Assembly: GCA_964016885.1 (NCBI GenBank)
Contig: OZ024746.1
Coordinates: 23,312,001 to 23,376,000, forward strand
DNA: 64,000 bases
Reading direction: 5' to 3'
Source: Eledone cirrhosa
Lineage: Eukaryota
Below the pieces are notes generated by a model. The model worked only from the letters and a program-made list of their open reading frames with translations, did no database searches and was not told the origin of the DNA. Numbering within the stretch: position 1 is the first letter of the stretch; the number at the start of each line of letters is the position of its first letter. Made by a program: the position numbers and the translations under genes. Of the stretch, positions 50,201 to 64,000 are shown in pieces.

Positions 50201-52584
50201 GCAGTATTTGTTCTGGCTCTCTTCTCTGAGTTCAAATCCCGCCAAGGTCAATTTTACCTTTGATCCTTCTGAGGTTGATAAAAAAAAAAGTACCAGTCCA
50301 GTAAAACGCTGTATGCCACTATGGTGTCCCTACGACTTACTCAGGAGTTACGGGACCACACAATATCATAAGTAGTAGGACAACAATGGTTATCTCTATA
50401 TATACTGCAATTACAAGACAGACAGACAGCAAAAGGACCATTTCTGAGACCCTCTTTCAAGAAAGGAAGATAGCAACCTTGTTATAACGGTGACTAATCA
50501 ATATGTTCGAAATCACTATCATGGCTATTTTGATGCGCAAGAGACTATGGATATGGTACATGGAATGAAGATAGATCAAAGCTCTTGGAGTTCTGTGGTG
50601 CAAATGACCCAACGCAAACCATTTCAAACAGTAACTCCAGGAAACTGGTCACCGACCACTTGAAACTGGTCACCGACCACTTGGGCAAAAGCAAGTAATT
50701 TATAACGGAGGACAAGTGGGAGTTTCTATGAGATAACCTTGTGCAAGACAGTTGGAGGGGGGGGGGGGGGGGTTCTAATCAGACAGAAGGTTATAGAGAT
50801 TAAATTGTATAGTAGAGCTATAAATGCAAAGATATGTGCTTAGAATTAGTGAAAGAAAGTGAGCTAGATAAAGAATGATATTAGGTAGCTAGAATAGAGG
50901 CTAGTTATCATGAATACTTAGCAAGGAGAAAAGTAGGAAGTGATACATTTGCTAATATTTTGCAAATGTGAGGATTAGAGGTATGATGTGTTCCAAGGTG
51001 CAAAGCAGTGTGAACATAATGATAGTGGCACACTTGCCCTCATTGATACTGACATGAAAGAGGCTCTTACAAGAGGTTGCTGAATGAGGAAAATGCAACC
51101 CATTTGATATCAAACCACCTGAAACCGTCATAGTTTTACAATACAAAACTGTTTGTTTTAAAATGTTCATACTTATCTAAAAACTTTCCATTATAATTTT
51201 ATATAAGAATATTTGTTATGCTGAAACACAATCATGATAAAGTTTTATCACTAAATCCCTTCAAATTCTTGATTTACAAAATTAACTGAAAATCATTAGA
51301 AATGTAATGAAAGGGTTAATAAACTTGCCTTCAGTTTGAAAATTCTTTATCAAGCAAATCTAATCTCAAACAAAATATGGATGAATTTTATAGTTTTAAT
51401 CTTATTAAATTATACCAAGTAAAAAAAGATTAGCTTATATAGTTTTAAAAACTTAGCTAAGTAGAAAAATGGAGGAAAGAAGAATTTGGAATCAATCTGT
51501 AAAATAGATTAATTGCACCTAATTACAAACAGTTTACAATTAGTAATTAGGAGTTGGAACGACCAAGTTGAAACATGTCAGCCCCACAGATCATGGTTTC
51601 TGTGACATGGCAAAGATAGTATGTATTGTATAGCTAAGATAATTAAATGATTCTTCAGTCAATGTATTTAGAATTAGGTAGCAAGATAGGAAGAACAGCT
51701 ATCTGATTGAGTGCTGATCTAACTAGATAATTGATAAAACATTGACGTTGCTTTATAAAGCTGACTAAATTCTATCAGAATTGTCTTAGCTTTTACACAA
51801 CAGAAGAGAATAGTAAAGCAACTCTGTGAATAACAAATCTTATTGGCGTGGCCTGATACGTATCAATATTAACAAAGGCAGAGTAATCTAGAGATGCAAT
51901 TTCTGATATAACATAGCAGCAATACTGCATGTTATTTAGTGTAGCTATGACTGAATTATAAACAAGAAGATTGGATAAATAGCTTTTTTTTTTCTTTTCA
52001 TAAAGCACAGCTGTTAATAGAGTTGGTTTTTGGCTCTGAGTTATCTAGCTCAGACAAATCCTCTGAATTTTAAATTAGTTTATTACAAGTGACATTTCCA
52101 TAATTAACATAACCAAGTAAAATTCTCTTGTTGAGTAACACCAAAAAAATGTAAAGACTATAAAATAACACATTTATGAATAAGGCAACAGATTCGAGCT
52201 AAATAAGTTCAAAAGAACAGAATCACATCTCGTATATAATCCAATACATAACCCTCGATATGTCAAATGCTATGTCAGAGCATTACCACCATCTATTTTA
52301 TCTATATCAGATTACTCAATAATAATTAGAAAGGATGTATAATTACTCCCTGCCCTCAGTTATGTACCCATTACTAATTGACCAAGGGTTTGCTTTCCAA
52401 AGCAGACTGTTTTTGTAAAGTGGACAGGCTGTTTTGTGAAAAACCAGTAGTCGAACATACATGCAATTTTCCCTCTCTATGACACCAATGTTGTCCAAGG
52501 AAAAGTTTGATACAGCTTGGCACCAATGTCAAGTAAATGGACTGTAGCAGCACAAAATAAAATCTCCTGCACACAGACAATGCA

Positions 52585-53277
52585 TCGTCAAGAAGGCCGA
52601 GGGTGTCTTGGCATCACTCAGCAAGACCTTTGTTAGCCGCTCTCCAGCCATCTATTTAAAGCTGTATACAGCTATGGTACGACCACACTTGGAATTCGCA
52701 TGATCAGTCTGGAACCCCTATCTTGCTCAGAACATTGACCTCCTGGAAACTGTTCAGAGACGTGCAACCAAGCGCATACCCTCCATCAGACACCTACCAT
52801 ACTCTGAACGCCTTGCTTCCCTGGGCATGGATTCATTGAAGCTCCAACATCTGGCAATGGACTTGGTAAACACCCACAAAGTTATTAACCATCTCGCCAA
52901 CAACAACTCTGAGCACCTTTTTGATCTCCATGTGTCTAACACACGTGGACATGCCTACAAATTCAGAAAACAGCACAGCTCCCATGACTTTCGTAAACAT
53001 TTTTTCACGCTCAGAGTTGCTGAAGCATGGAACAAACTGCCTGCGTCAGTTGTTAGCTGCCGAGACACTGCATCCTTTAAAACACTCATGCTTCCCGAAA
53101 TACGCCAAAACTACACCTGATGTCCTCCTTCCATACACATGCACACGTGTATATCATGACTCATGCACTGTTCATTTTCTTGACGTTTGTACATTACCCT
53201 ATGTACTATGCATACACTTTTTGATGAGTTGTAGTGCACCTGAGCACTGTACACAATATTTCATTATTATTATTATT
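52585..53277 (+). mobile_element. CR1-clade LINE 3' fragment with (ATT)n tail
   Basis: LYTAMVRPHLEFA*SVWNP...LETVQRRATKRIP...YSERLASLG...TRGH..K...RKHFFTLRVAEAWNKLP. One in-frame stop; attattattattatt tail. Confidence 0.88.
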
Positions 53278-56200
53278 CTGTCTAAGAATCAAACTCATGA
53301 CCTTATGACTGAGTTCATCACCTTAACCCCTAGATATATACCTTCATTTCCATTGATTATAGTGTCCTTGTTTAGTCTAATTAATACATAGACAGAAGTA
53401 TGGTGGAACATAGGTAAACCTTGGCGTACACCACATGGATGAAATGTGGGCCAAACTATTACAAAATCTCAAAATAGAAATAACACAAATCTGTCCTACA
53501 TTCATAAATAAGCTATAGAAATACACATTTGCAACAGTATTTCTTTTATGAACCATGAATAAAGGATTTTTTTGCTTTTTAGAAGTAGGAAGGTGACATT
53601 CTTGACAACAATTGAGTGATCAGGTATTTCTTTTTTTTATTAAGTTGAGTATAGAGCTGCCAAAAACATTCAATCACATCTAGTATTTCAAGTTCAGCAT
53701 TTTGGTTTCACTGTGTAGCTCATGTATGAGTAAAGTATGTATGTCTAGACAACCTACTATCAGTTTCATTTAGCCCTTTGCATACCAACCCAGCCAGAAC
53801 CTGCTCTGGTTCTATGAAATAAAACCACCCATTTTAAAGAGTTCCTATCTAAATTAAAATCTTAATAATGAAATCTTTTTAGTGAACCCCTCTAAACTCT
53901 TTATTAATCAAAATACAGTGCATTTCATAAGTAATATGGCCATGAAATGGTTAATTTAGTCTAATTTCCTGTATTTTATATCAGATTATTCAGATAGGTC
54001 CAAGATAGTCAATGTATCTGATCCACAAGCTTTATATATCATAGTTGGACTATGAACATCCTAAACACATTTCAGAGGAAAATAATGACACTGTTGAATG
54101 AAATCAGACATAACACTGATCATACAACTTGATCATACCAATCCACAATTTCAACTGTCTACCTCATCATTTACACCATCTGGGGAGGAACTCTGATATG
54201 ACTGCATCATAAATAAGTTCACAACCAAACCAATGAAAGTATCTTTTAAGTAAGTGGTGTTGGGAGAGGGAGGATTTGATCTGGCAGCAGCAACAAACTT
54301 GTATTTGGCACAATATCCAATGTGCAAACAGAGGATTAAGTGAAGGCAAAAGTAAAAAGGGGATTGAGAGAATGACAAACCCATGCAAGCGTGGAACACG
54401 GACGTTAAACGATGATGATGACACCAAGACAATCTCTAAATTTCTATCAAGTGAACAACCTTGCAGTACACACTCCCAACACTTGAACATACAACACTGC
54501 TTTAAAAGCTACACATCAACCCTTGTTATATGTAAGGTCACCATGACATTGCCATAGTCCGAACTACACTCAGCATAGAAGAGGGTTCTTCTTTTGGACC
54601 AAAAAATATTTCAGTACTGACCACTTGCTGAGTAAGACCTACAAAGGCATGTAACATAGTGGCTGTGGGTTCACTATTTAAACCAGGTGACGCATTGTGT
54701 TCTTGAGCAATACACTTCATTTCAGAATTATTAGAACGTTGGCTAGAATACATTGTAATATTTGCTCCATTTCACACATACGTTCTTTTTGGCACAGCAG
54801 TACTTGCCTGAAAGTAACTACAGTCCAGTTTTGTCTATAATTACACCAATCCATTGTCGTATTTGGAAATTTTAAAGGCTGTATTATAGGCAATTGGTAA
54901 CCAGAGAGGAAATTGAGCTCATGAGTATTTTGTGTTTGCTGAGAAAAAAATATGTTATAATGTATATGACAGACTCCCTAGTACCAGTGACAGTAAAATG
55001 TACCCAATCAATTCTGTACATTCTAAAACGTATGAGAGATGTGTGGCTTGGTCTGTGATGTCTTGTCCAACCCTTACTACTATGGAAAAGCAAGCATTAA
55101 ATAATGATGAGAATATTTCTAAAAGAAAGACAAAGCTATATGGTGCCATAATTTTCACTCTTATTTCACAACAAATGGTGTGGCATGCATCATCAAATTA
55201 ATTAGAAAACATTGTGAGGCTTCCTATTGCTAGCAAAAATATGTTCAAAACTGTAACCTAGAAAATCCTCAGTTAAAGAGCTTCTGCTGTTCATCATTAC
55301 TAACTATTTACATCTAACTTGGAGAGCACAGGATACAATCAATAAAATAGAGAAACCTCTAACAAATATACCATATATACTCATGTATATATACTCATGT
55401 ATATGTCGCACCTCTCGTTTACATACATTTACAATATACCATATATATTGAATTATGGTTTTGCAGGTTCAATAGATAAGTCACATGGTTTTTCATGCCA
55501 TATTTTAGTGGGTAAAGCTGTAAAGGTGGTATATTGAGAACCAATATCTTATATAGTTCCAACTACACAACAGTTTGTCTTTAACAGAGTATACTTCATT
55601 GCAAGCTTTTAAGCCAGATCTCTGAATTGAGAATAACTTCCTCCCACCAGTACTAGAGGCCCTGATAAAAGCGTCAAAGGTTTTGCCATCCCTATTCTTA
55701 CTAAATCATTAAGAACTACATAAAATGTTCTTGTTGCTTGATATTGGAGTGTATTATGGTAAAATTTAATTGTGCTCCTATCGGAAAGATGCTGTTCTGT
55801 GTAATCAATATTCTAAACCAGTTAATAGAGACGACATGACAATCTCTCTAGTGCTGATGCCATAATAAAATGCACCTAGCACACAGTAAAAATTGGAATA
55901 TAGAAGTAAGATATGGTCTTCTGACCTACCAAGGAAGTACTGATTTGGGGCCCAAATAACTCATTCAATTCATGCCAGCATGGATGGAAAATAATAGAAA
56001 TTCAAAATTTTAAAGAACACAAGTGTTATTTTGAGAAGAGATGAGTTCATAATTCACTTCATTTCAAATATCATTTGGTCAAGAACAGAAATAGTAAGCT
56101 GGATTTAAGCAGCAACAGTTAAAGTTAAATGAATTTAAACAAACAAAAGCAATGCTAAAACAATGAGCATGAGGAATAATGGGGAGAAGTAACAATAAAA

Positions 56201-57205
56201 ATAATTTCTTTCAGATCAATAAGTTACAGAAGATAAATTGTATGAAATGTAAAGTATTTCATTTAAGAAAGTAAGATGAATAACAGAATCATGCAAATAA
56301 GCAACGTTTTAAATATCCTCTGGGATAAAGAACAAACTTAGCTAAGCATGCAAAATATTTTTTTAATTAAATTTGCTCATATAAATATACTTTCCATGGT
56401 ATGTGCACATTTCCTAATTGTCCCATCAACAACACAGAAGTATACATGAAAGCATATGTGGTCTATAAGATCACACATAAAAAAATGTAGCTCCTCGTAC
56501 ATCGAAAGTACTGTCTGGATGCTGCACATGACAATGGGAGCTGTTTCTGTTAGAAAACAACTTGACAGATGTTGCAGCCAAGACATTGAGGTCAATTTAA
56601 GAATCAAAGAGGCTATTATCATTCACCAGAAAAAAAACAAATAATAGATAAGAAATGCATGAAGCAGATTGGCTACTATTAACGATTTCATGCATATTTC
56701 GGACGTGTAGGCCAGTTAAAGAACACATCGATCTTTCTTTCGTTTTGAACTATTTCTGCTTCACATTTGAAAAGAGGGTAGTAGCCCTGAAATATGTTGA
56801 AATATATTGGGTAAAACACTTTCATTTGTCATTCTCTGCCCTTTATATATTTCTACCGCATTGTACCGGCTTTTTAATACTTTCCACAAATTTAAAATTC
56901 AATAGTGTACAAGTGTTTTACGGCCAAATGCCTTTCCTGGCACCAATCTTTTTAGTCAACTTTCACGACATGCAGGGGAATACTGTATTGGTAGTAGATT
57001 AAACAGTAATGCTACAGACCCTAACATTATGGTTCAAAGAACAATAATCAATGTCTTGATTTCAGTAAATTATCCAAAAACAAATCCATCATATACTGAT
57101 TTCTAACACAGACACAAGGTATCAAATTTGGTGTGTACCTATGTCTCGCAGTCACTAGGGAAATACTTATGTAAATAATTTAACCAACTTACATTATTGT
57201 CTTAA

Positions 57206-57425
57206 CCTTTTAATGTTCAAACGGGCCAAACCGGCCAGAATTCTCTACCTTTTTCTGTTGAAACTGGCTGTAACTGGCCACTCAAACTGATGTTAAGGTA
57301 TTGTTCTCTAAAATAAATACTTTCAAAATCTCATAGATTCAATATTATGTGAGATAATTATGCGAGGTAAAGCCTTTACCATGAAAATATAATAGTATAT
57401 ATAGAGTAATGTGAATGCTAAAGGG
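57206..57425 (+). mobile_element. piggyBac MITE family 2 (other copies 48677-48861 and 62894-63075)
   Basis: TTAA flanks. Right end aatgtgaatgctaaaggg|ttaa is identical to the right end of the 18678-20145 piggyBac. Confidence 0.8.
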
Positions 57426-58917
57426 TTAAGACTTCACTCGAGATGGAAATAAGTTGTGGTTTAGACAACAGGTAGGTAGGGGTGTGCGTGTGCATGCGCG
57501 CACACGTAAAACATATCAAGCAAGTTACAAATGTCAAAGTAAAAAGCACTCAATATCACTGAGTATAGAGTTAATATTACTCTAATTTTAGTTGTTGCAG
57601 TTATATGTGGTTTATAGCAAGGTGTGAATATATAACAAAATGACAAGATATCAAAATACTATATGATAGGTATTGGTTGGCCTAGGGCTATAGTGAAAGA
57701 CAATTGCCCAAGATGCCACATATTGGGATCAAACCCAAGACATGATTATGTAGTGAAATATATAATTTGGCTATGCTGCATCCACCAAGATAGGTTTTAA
57801 TGTTTAACTGTATGGATGAGGTAACAGAGAGAGAGAGACAAAAAGACAGACAGAAGATAAATATATCAATATACAGATCAATAAATACACCAACACATTA
57901 CATTATTGTAAAGATACATATAGGAAACAGGTAAAACAATCAATACAACAAAATAACTAGCTGTGTTTAATATAAATGATATTGTTGACAGACTAACGTG
58001 TCACAATATTATATTAAATGATTGACTAATTACATTCAATATAATACAGATAACAAGAAACAGAAAGAACAAATTATAAATATCTATTATTTGGAAATTA
58101 AATGTTCAATGGACAGTTTAACCTAAGGTTCTAAGATACTAAAATGCTTGTTTTTAAATGTCTATATATATACCTAAAAATCTTCCATGATAATTTTATG
58201 TAAGAATCTTTCTTACATTCCAAACACCAGTTTAATGAGAAAGTTACATTGCTAAATGTCACTGAATTCTTGAATATTTTCAAAATTATTTGAAAATCAC
58301 ATGCAGTCTTTCATTAGAAATATGGCAAAGAAAGAATTAAAGTATATATATTTATCTAAAAACCTTTCATTGCAATTCTATGTAAAATTAAGTCCCAACA
58401 ACAAACAAACTACTAATAAATCCCTAAAAATTCTCGATTGTTTTCAAAATTATTTGAAAATCATTATTTAAAAATTGACATTAAAAATATGTTAAAAAGA
58501 TTTTAACCCTTTTGATAAACCACTTGAAATCAAATCTATGATGCAAAACTGTTTCTTTTTAAGTGTTTATCATCATTTAATGTCCACTTTCCCTGCTAGC
58601 ATGGATTGGACGAGTTTACATATACAAAGTCAGTACTGAAGCAGGGCAACTGACATCCCAGGCAGTATCCCGCTTACTAATAGCATACTTATCTAAAACT
58701 TCTATCGAAGAATCTATGTTCCCAACATGAGGTTAGCCATATTACTAAATCCATTCAAATTCTTGATTATTTTCAAAATTATTTGAAAATCCTAGGCAGT
58801 GTGTTTCATTATTGCAACATTACGATGCTGAATGAAAGGAAACGTTTTCAACATTTGATATTAAAAATCAACAATTATCAAAAGAGAAAGGAGAGAAAAA
58901 GAAAAACATCAACATAC

Positions 58918-59769
58918 CTTATATAAACATGTATCTACAACTTGATTGCAAATTTCTTCAAGACTATCGGTAATGAGCATTCTACTCCTAACAAAATCAC
59001 AGAGTTCTTCATTGGACATGACATCCCAAATTCCATCACAAGCTAGTACTAAGAATTCATCCTTCTCATTTCGACCCTCGGTGAAAATTTCTGGCTCTGG
59101 AGAAACTAACTGCTCACATGGCCCTTTGCCTTCAACATTTTTATATTCAAAGTCTCCAAGAGCCCGGGATACTGCTAAAGATCCGTTGACTCGCTGTATC
59201 ATAACACTTCCTCCAGCATTCTGTATACGTTCCTTCTCAATGGGATTTACAGGTTTGTGATCAGTAGTTGAGAACGGACATTTACCATCTCGACACAGCA
59301 CCGCCCGAGAATCTCCGCAATTAGCAAAGAAGATGTGTGTTGGTGAGACAATGGCACATACTGCTGTAGAGCCACTTTTGTCTTCCCCACTAACCATTTC
59401 TGGCATTGTTCGCATGCAGTCATCAAACTTAAGAAAGCCAGTTTTGATGCCTTTCTGCACATCCATAATCGAGGGAAGGATCTCTGTACCCTGGCTGACA
59501 TCAAGCTTGCCTCGAAAATCTTCATTAGCAATAATGTGCTCCATCAGCTGTGCTGCACAGCAGGCCGATACCTTAGCTCCAGCGTGACCATCGTATACAG
59601 CGAAAAAGGACCAGTCAGCGAGGCCATGCGGTAGGCCGATAACTGCCGTGTGGGCATCCTCCATTTCCACACGCCACCCCTGCATACTGCTGAGGCCAAA
59701 ATGAAGGCCATTTCCCATTCCCGCTTCATTATGCTTCTCTGTCTTGGGTTTGTCAAGAAAAGCTCCCAT
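58918..59769 (-). CDS. PPM1B: PP2C Ser/Thr phosphatase (PPM1A/PPM1B family), first coding exon, 284 codons
   Basis: ORF begins [14 protein letters not shown] and contains PP2C motifs [36 protein letters not shown] and ACDGIWD. Donor AAG|gtatgt at 58918/58917. Acceptor tttttag| lies 5 nt before the ATG (exon start 59774), so a non-coding exon lies further upstream. Likely a single invertebrate co-ortholog of PPM1A and PPM1B. Confidence 0.96.
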
Positions 59770-60580
59770 GACAACTAAAAAAAAAAGAAAGAAAGAAACA
59801 ATAAATTAGGTTTCAAACAAAAATAAAATATAAATTTAAATACATTCAAGATAATTTGGCAAATATTTCTCCTTCAATAACATATCTTAAAATTTCATTA
59901 TTGAAAATTATTACAAAATAGTATTGACAGAAATGTGAAAAAAATGGGGAGACTATATATACATATGTATATGTGTTTTGTGAGTATGTATCATCATCAT
60001 ATCCAACCTATGCAAGCATGGAAAGTAGGCAAAAATATTTATTTATATATATACACACACACACACTCATGTATGTTGCATCCTTGTAGATAAGTCACAA
60101 TTCCATTTCTTATAACATTTACAATGTACTATATATTTTGAATTAAGCATTTATAGGTCTGGTTGATAAGTCACAAACTGTTTTTTGCATATTGTAAAAA
60201 AATGTGCAACAGACCTGAATTTATCATCATCATCACTTTTTAACATCTATTTTCCATGCTTGTATGGATTAGACAAACTCATGTTAAGAGGCTAGACAGA
60301 TCAGGTAATGCCTTGCTCATATGTTCCATTTTTGGCCTGGTTTTCTATGGTTGGATGCCCGCCCAAATGCCAACTATTTTAATGTGTATTGAGAGCTTTT
60401 ACCAAGGTGGACTGGGTGCTTTTTATTTGTTAAATCAATATCCTAAACATAGTTCAATGGGTATCTGAAAGGGTTGGCACAAGTTATTCCATCAAATTTG
60501 GAATCATCAAAAAACTAATAAATCCCATTTCCATACCAAACATTTTCAATACAACAACAAAAATCACTAACCATATCTTG

Positions 60581-60632
<52 letters not shown>

Positions 60633-63600
60633 TTATTTATTTATTTATAACAAAGAAGGTGTGGTAAGATACCAGGTGGACCATAACGTGTTTGGATCTA
60701 GCTGTCCAAACAGCTGGAGTTCAGCCGTCGGGGTCCTGACTCTTTTCCTATATATATATATAACCCAAAACTAGTACTTGGTGATACTTGATTATCAAGC
60801 CAGCTGTCAAACACAATATACTTCAGTGTCAAATAAATAATACTGCCTAAGGTTTATGATATTAGGTAAAATTATACCACATCCCACATATGTCCAAACC
60901 CCAACCACAAATATACGTATTGCTACCCTGCAGGGTATGTGCCTCATGTGCAGAATTACTACTATAAGCACCAATTTAATTCTTTAATACTAAATAAAAT
61001 TGCAATAACAACATTGAAAAAAGTTGTTTCATTGGGGGGGGGGGGGGGGTACACTTTAATAATTTCCCTTGTTACAACAGATTTATCAAATGTAACAATT
61101 TCAAGGAAGACATATGGAACTGTCACTCCTCCTGGTTTCTTCTGCACCACACCTCATTTCTATCAGAACCTTCAACCTAAATGCAGAAATCCATTATATA
61201 GTATGAATACATGTGTATCGATGTTTATGTCCCATAATTTAGCAGTTTAATAAAAGGATTGGGGCCGATACTAACTAAATCCCTTGATGACAGTGCCTTA
61301 GCATAGCTGCAGTCTAATGACCAAAACCAGTAAAAGAATAAGCCCAAGAGAATGTAATTTTTACCGATTTGTCAAATTCCTATCAGAAACTTGAAAGCAA
61401 GGTTTTACAGAAGTGAAAAATTTAATACACTTGAACAAAAACAATATTTACAAGATGATTTCTGTGCAAGAAAGCATGCATTTAGAAAACTAATATTTAT
61501 AAGTGAAGTAAGTTAAGAATAAAAGAAATATAGAAGAACTAGTGTGCAACAGACTAAAAGCAAAATAATTTGTGTCTATATCATATACAATTTGATGACA
61601 GCTCCTTCCTCTCCTGCAAAGTATTTGAAAATTGTGTTTAAATTACCAGTTGCAAGTTAAATTATCTATTTTTATATTTTAACAGAGGTGTACGATAAAT
61701 CATCAATTCTGTGACCTAGATTCAATTCTTTTTTTATTGTTACAACTCCACTTCTGTTTAACTGGCCTACTATGAGGTTGCACCTCATAGGCAATATCTT
61801 CAATACTTTAATGACAGTTCCATCATGCTACAATTTTCAAGTGACAGGCAGCAGGATTTGAACTCAGAACCTACAGAGCTGGAACAGATAGTGCAAGGCA
61901 TTCTATCCAGCTCTGTGCCAATACAAATCTCTGACCTAGTACTTTATCGCCCCAAAAAAGATGAAAGGCAAATGTGGCCTAAATGCATTCTAAATTCAAA
62001 TCCTGCTTCTCATCACCAGAAAAACGATAGTAGGAATTGTGACCAGCAGATAGTAACAATAGAGAGACCAGGTGAATCATTTTCTTGAACTGATCTGATG
62101 ATCGGCTCCTTTTCTTAGGGGATTGATTCTCTTTCAAGTGAATTCAAAGCTTGAGTTGCAGAATCCCTGGCAGGGAGAAGAAACATGTTTTAAACAAACT
62201 TTCCAACAATATACATATATTCTAGCCTAACATATATACATATTCAAGTTATATAATGCTTTCTGATTTAGGCACCTGGCCAACAATTTTATGTATGTAT
62301 GTGTGTGTGTATGTGTGTGTGTGTGGGGGGGGGGGGGGGGGTTATTGAATTAACCCCAATACATACTTTATATTATAAACCCCATAAGGATGGAAGGCAA
62401 AGCTAACCGTGACAAGATTTGAACTCAGAATGTAAAGGGACGTAACTATATGCCACAAAGCATATTGTCCGACACTCTACTGATACTGCCAACATCTCCC
62501 TTTCAAATTATATAAAACAATTCAGTTAGAATCTCCTATCTGCACTCCCCTTATAGAAGAATGCAGTCTCATAAAACCACCACCTAACTCAACATCCTAC
62601 TTCTGAAACAGCCAACTAAACATGAATTTTCACAAAAAGTCTTCACAAAACCAACCAATCGAAATCTTCCTTACATTACCTCCTGTTACAAAAAACATTA
62701 TGGGAGAAGATTATCATCCTTACGGGGTCGATAAAATAAAGTACCAGTAATGCACTGGTAATTGCTGGCCTTGTGCCTAAAGTAGAAACAATTATCATAT
62801 GACAGGTGTGTGAAACATTCAAACTTGAAATAGCTCACTGGTGAAGTAAATAAAAACTTGTAAAGAAAAGTTCTAAAACCAAAACTAATTTAACACTTTA
62901 GCATCTAAACTGGCCACATCCGGTCAGAATTCTCTCCTCATTCTGTTCAAACTGGCCACTCATACAGACGTTAAAGTATTGTTCTCAAAATAAATAACAT
63001 AAAATTCTCATAGCTTTGATATGTGAGATAATTATGTGAAATAAAGCCTTATAAAGTAATATAAATACTAAAGGGTTAACACCAACTCAACCAAAATTGG
63101 CTCTGGATCTATGAAACAAAACCACCCATTTTAAATTTAAATCTTCCAGCATAATTTTATATAAGAACCACATCTTAAGTTAAATCCATCAAAATTCATC
63201 AATTTATTGAAATGGACAGTATTTTATTAAAAATACTGTCATGAAAAGGCTAAAATAAGTTACAGATTAATTATTTTACTCAGCACAAGCATGATTTCCG
63301 AGGCGTTTTGCAATTTTCCCCTGATACTATAAGTTTTCCCCCCTTTGCTCTATGTAGTCATGTGAGAGAGAGCAGCTACATGCCTTCAAATCACATTACC
63401 ATCCTAAAAAGGGGCAGAAATATTTGATGTAATCCCTGATAAACAAGACAAAATGGCAACAGCCTGACCACCTTAACTCAAAGCTGACAGTATAAGCATA
63501 TGATATATCATCATCACTATTTAACACCTATTTTCCATACTTGCATGGGTTAGACGGGTCATTACGTTATCAGACTTGTCAAGTTAGGTGACCATTTTCT

Positions 63601-63728
63601 GTTTTGGACTTGGTTTCTACAACTGGATACCTTTTCTAACACCAACCATATTTACAGCATGGACATGGCGAATTGTGTGCTTTTGTTATTGTGACACCAA
63701 CACTCTCACTATACAGGATGGATGGATG

Positions 63729-63788
<60 letters not shown>

Positions 63789-63855
63789 TACTCTGAAAGG
63801 ATGAAAAGTAAAGTTGACCTCAGTGGGATTTGAGTTTTGAGTTTTGAGTGAGAAC

Positions 63856-64000
63856 ATCATCATCATCGTTTAACGTCCATCTTCCACGCTTGCATGGGTT
63901 TGGACGGGAATTTTCCCACTTGAGGCAAGATTGGTTGTCTTGCTCATATAGGACTGTCTGGCGGGTTTTCTACGGCTGGATGCCCTTCCTAACACCAACC
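63856..64000 (-). mobile_element. RTE LINE 3' end, continuing beyond the window
   Basis: catcatcatcatcgtttaacgtccatcttccacgc... matches the tails at 13413 and 40572. Short tail-only copies also lie near 11610(+), 20754, 32234, 36870, 45965, 54375(+), 60224 and 63507. Confidence 0.85.

Noticed and set aside
55465-55740. Possible mariner-like remnant (gataagtcac end also at ~60165)
   Set aside because: Too degraded. No paired TIRs or translatable transposase motif could be confirmed.
58909-58917. ORF-track ending ...YKVC-stop as an intronless PP2C
   Set aside because: This is read-through into the gtatgt donor. The essential GSRDN motif is in the exon at 29049.

Overview
AT-rich, microsatellite-rich animal DNA. 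The repeat landscape (RTE LINEs with (GAT)n tails, tRNA-derived SINEs, Helitrons, piggyBac MITEs) suggests an octopus-like cephalopod; this is inference. Nearly the whole window is one minus-strand gene, a PPM1A/PPM1B-type PP2C phosphatase. I reconstructed its coding exons by hand from GT-AG sites and phase: 59769-58918, 29049-28932, 21435-21324, 12462-12408 and a probable last exon at 3921-3904, giving about 384 aa. A repeat-poor probable 3' UTR occupies 1-3903. The introns are filled with nested transposons: an RTE LINE with an intact 690-aa reverse transcriptase ORF carrying a PHD finger, an internally deleted piggyBac with TTAA/TIRs and its MITEs, two Helitrons with exact ends, a CR1 fragment, SINEs with target-site duplications (TSDs) and a 2.5-kb 39/41-bp minisatellite. 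I cannot demonstrate a wholly new biological system. The best leads are a PHD finger inserted inside the RT domain, a candidate minimal hammerhead ribozyme in a Penelope-like foldback, a candidate 17-nt frame-switching microexon, a young templated inverted duplication, and minisatellites apparently seeded by the LINE 3' UTR. Coordinates of degraded repeats are approximate.
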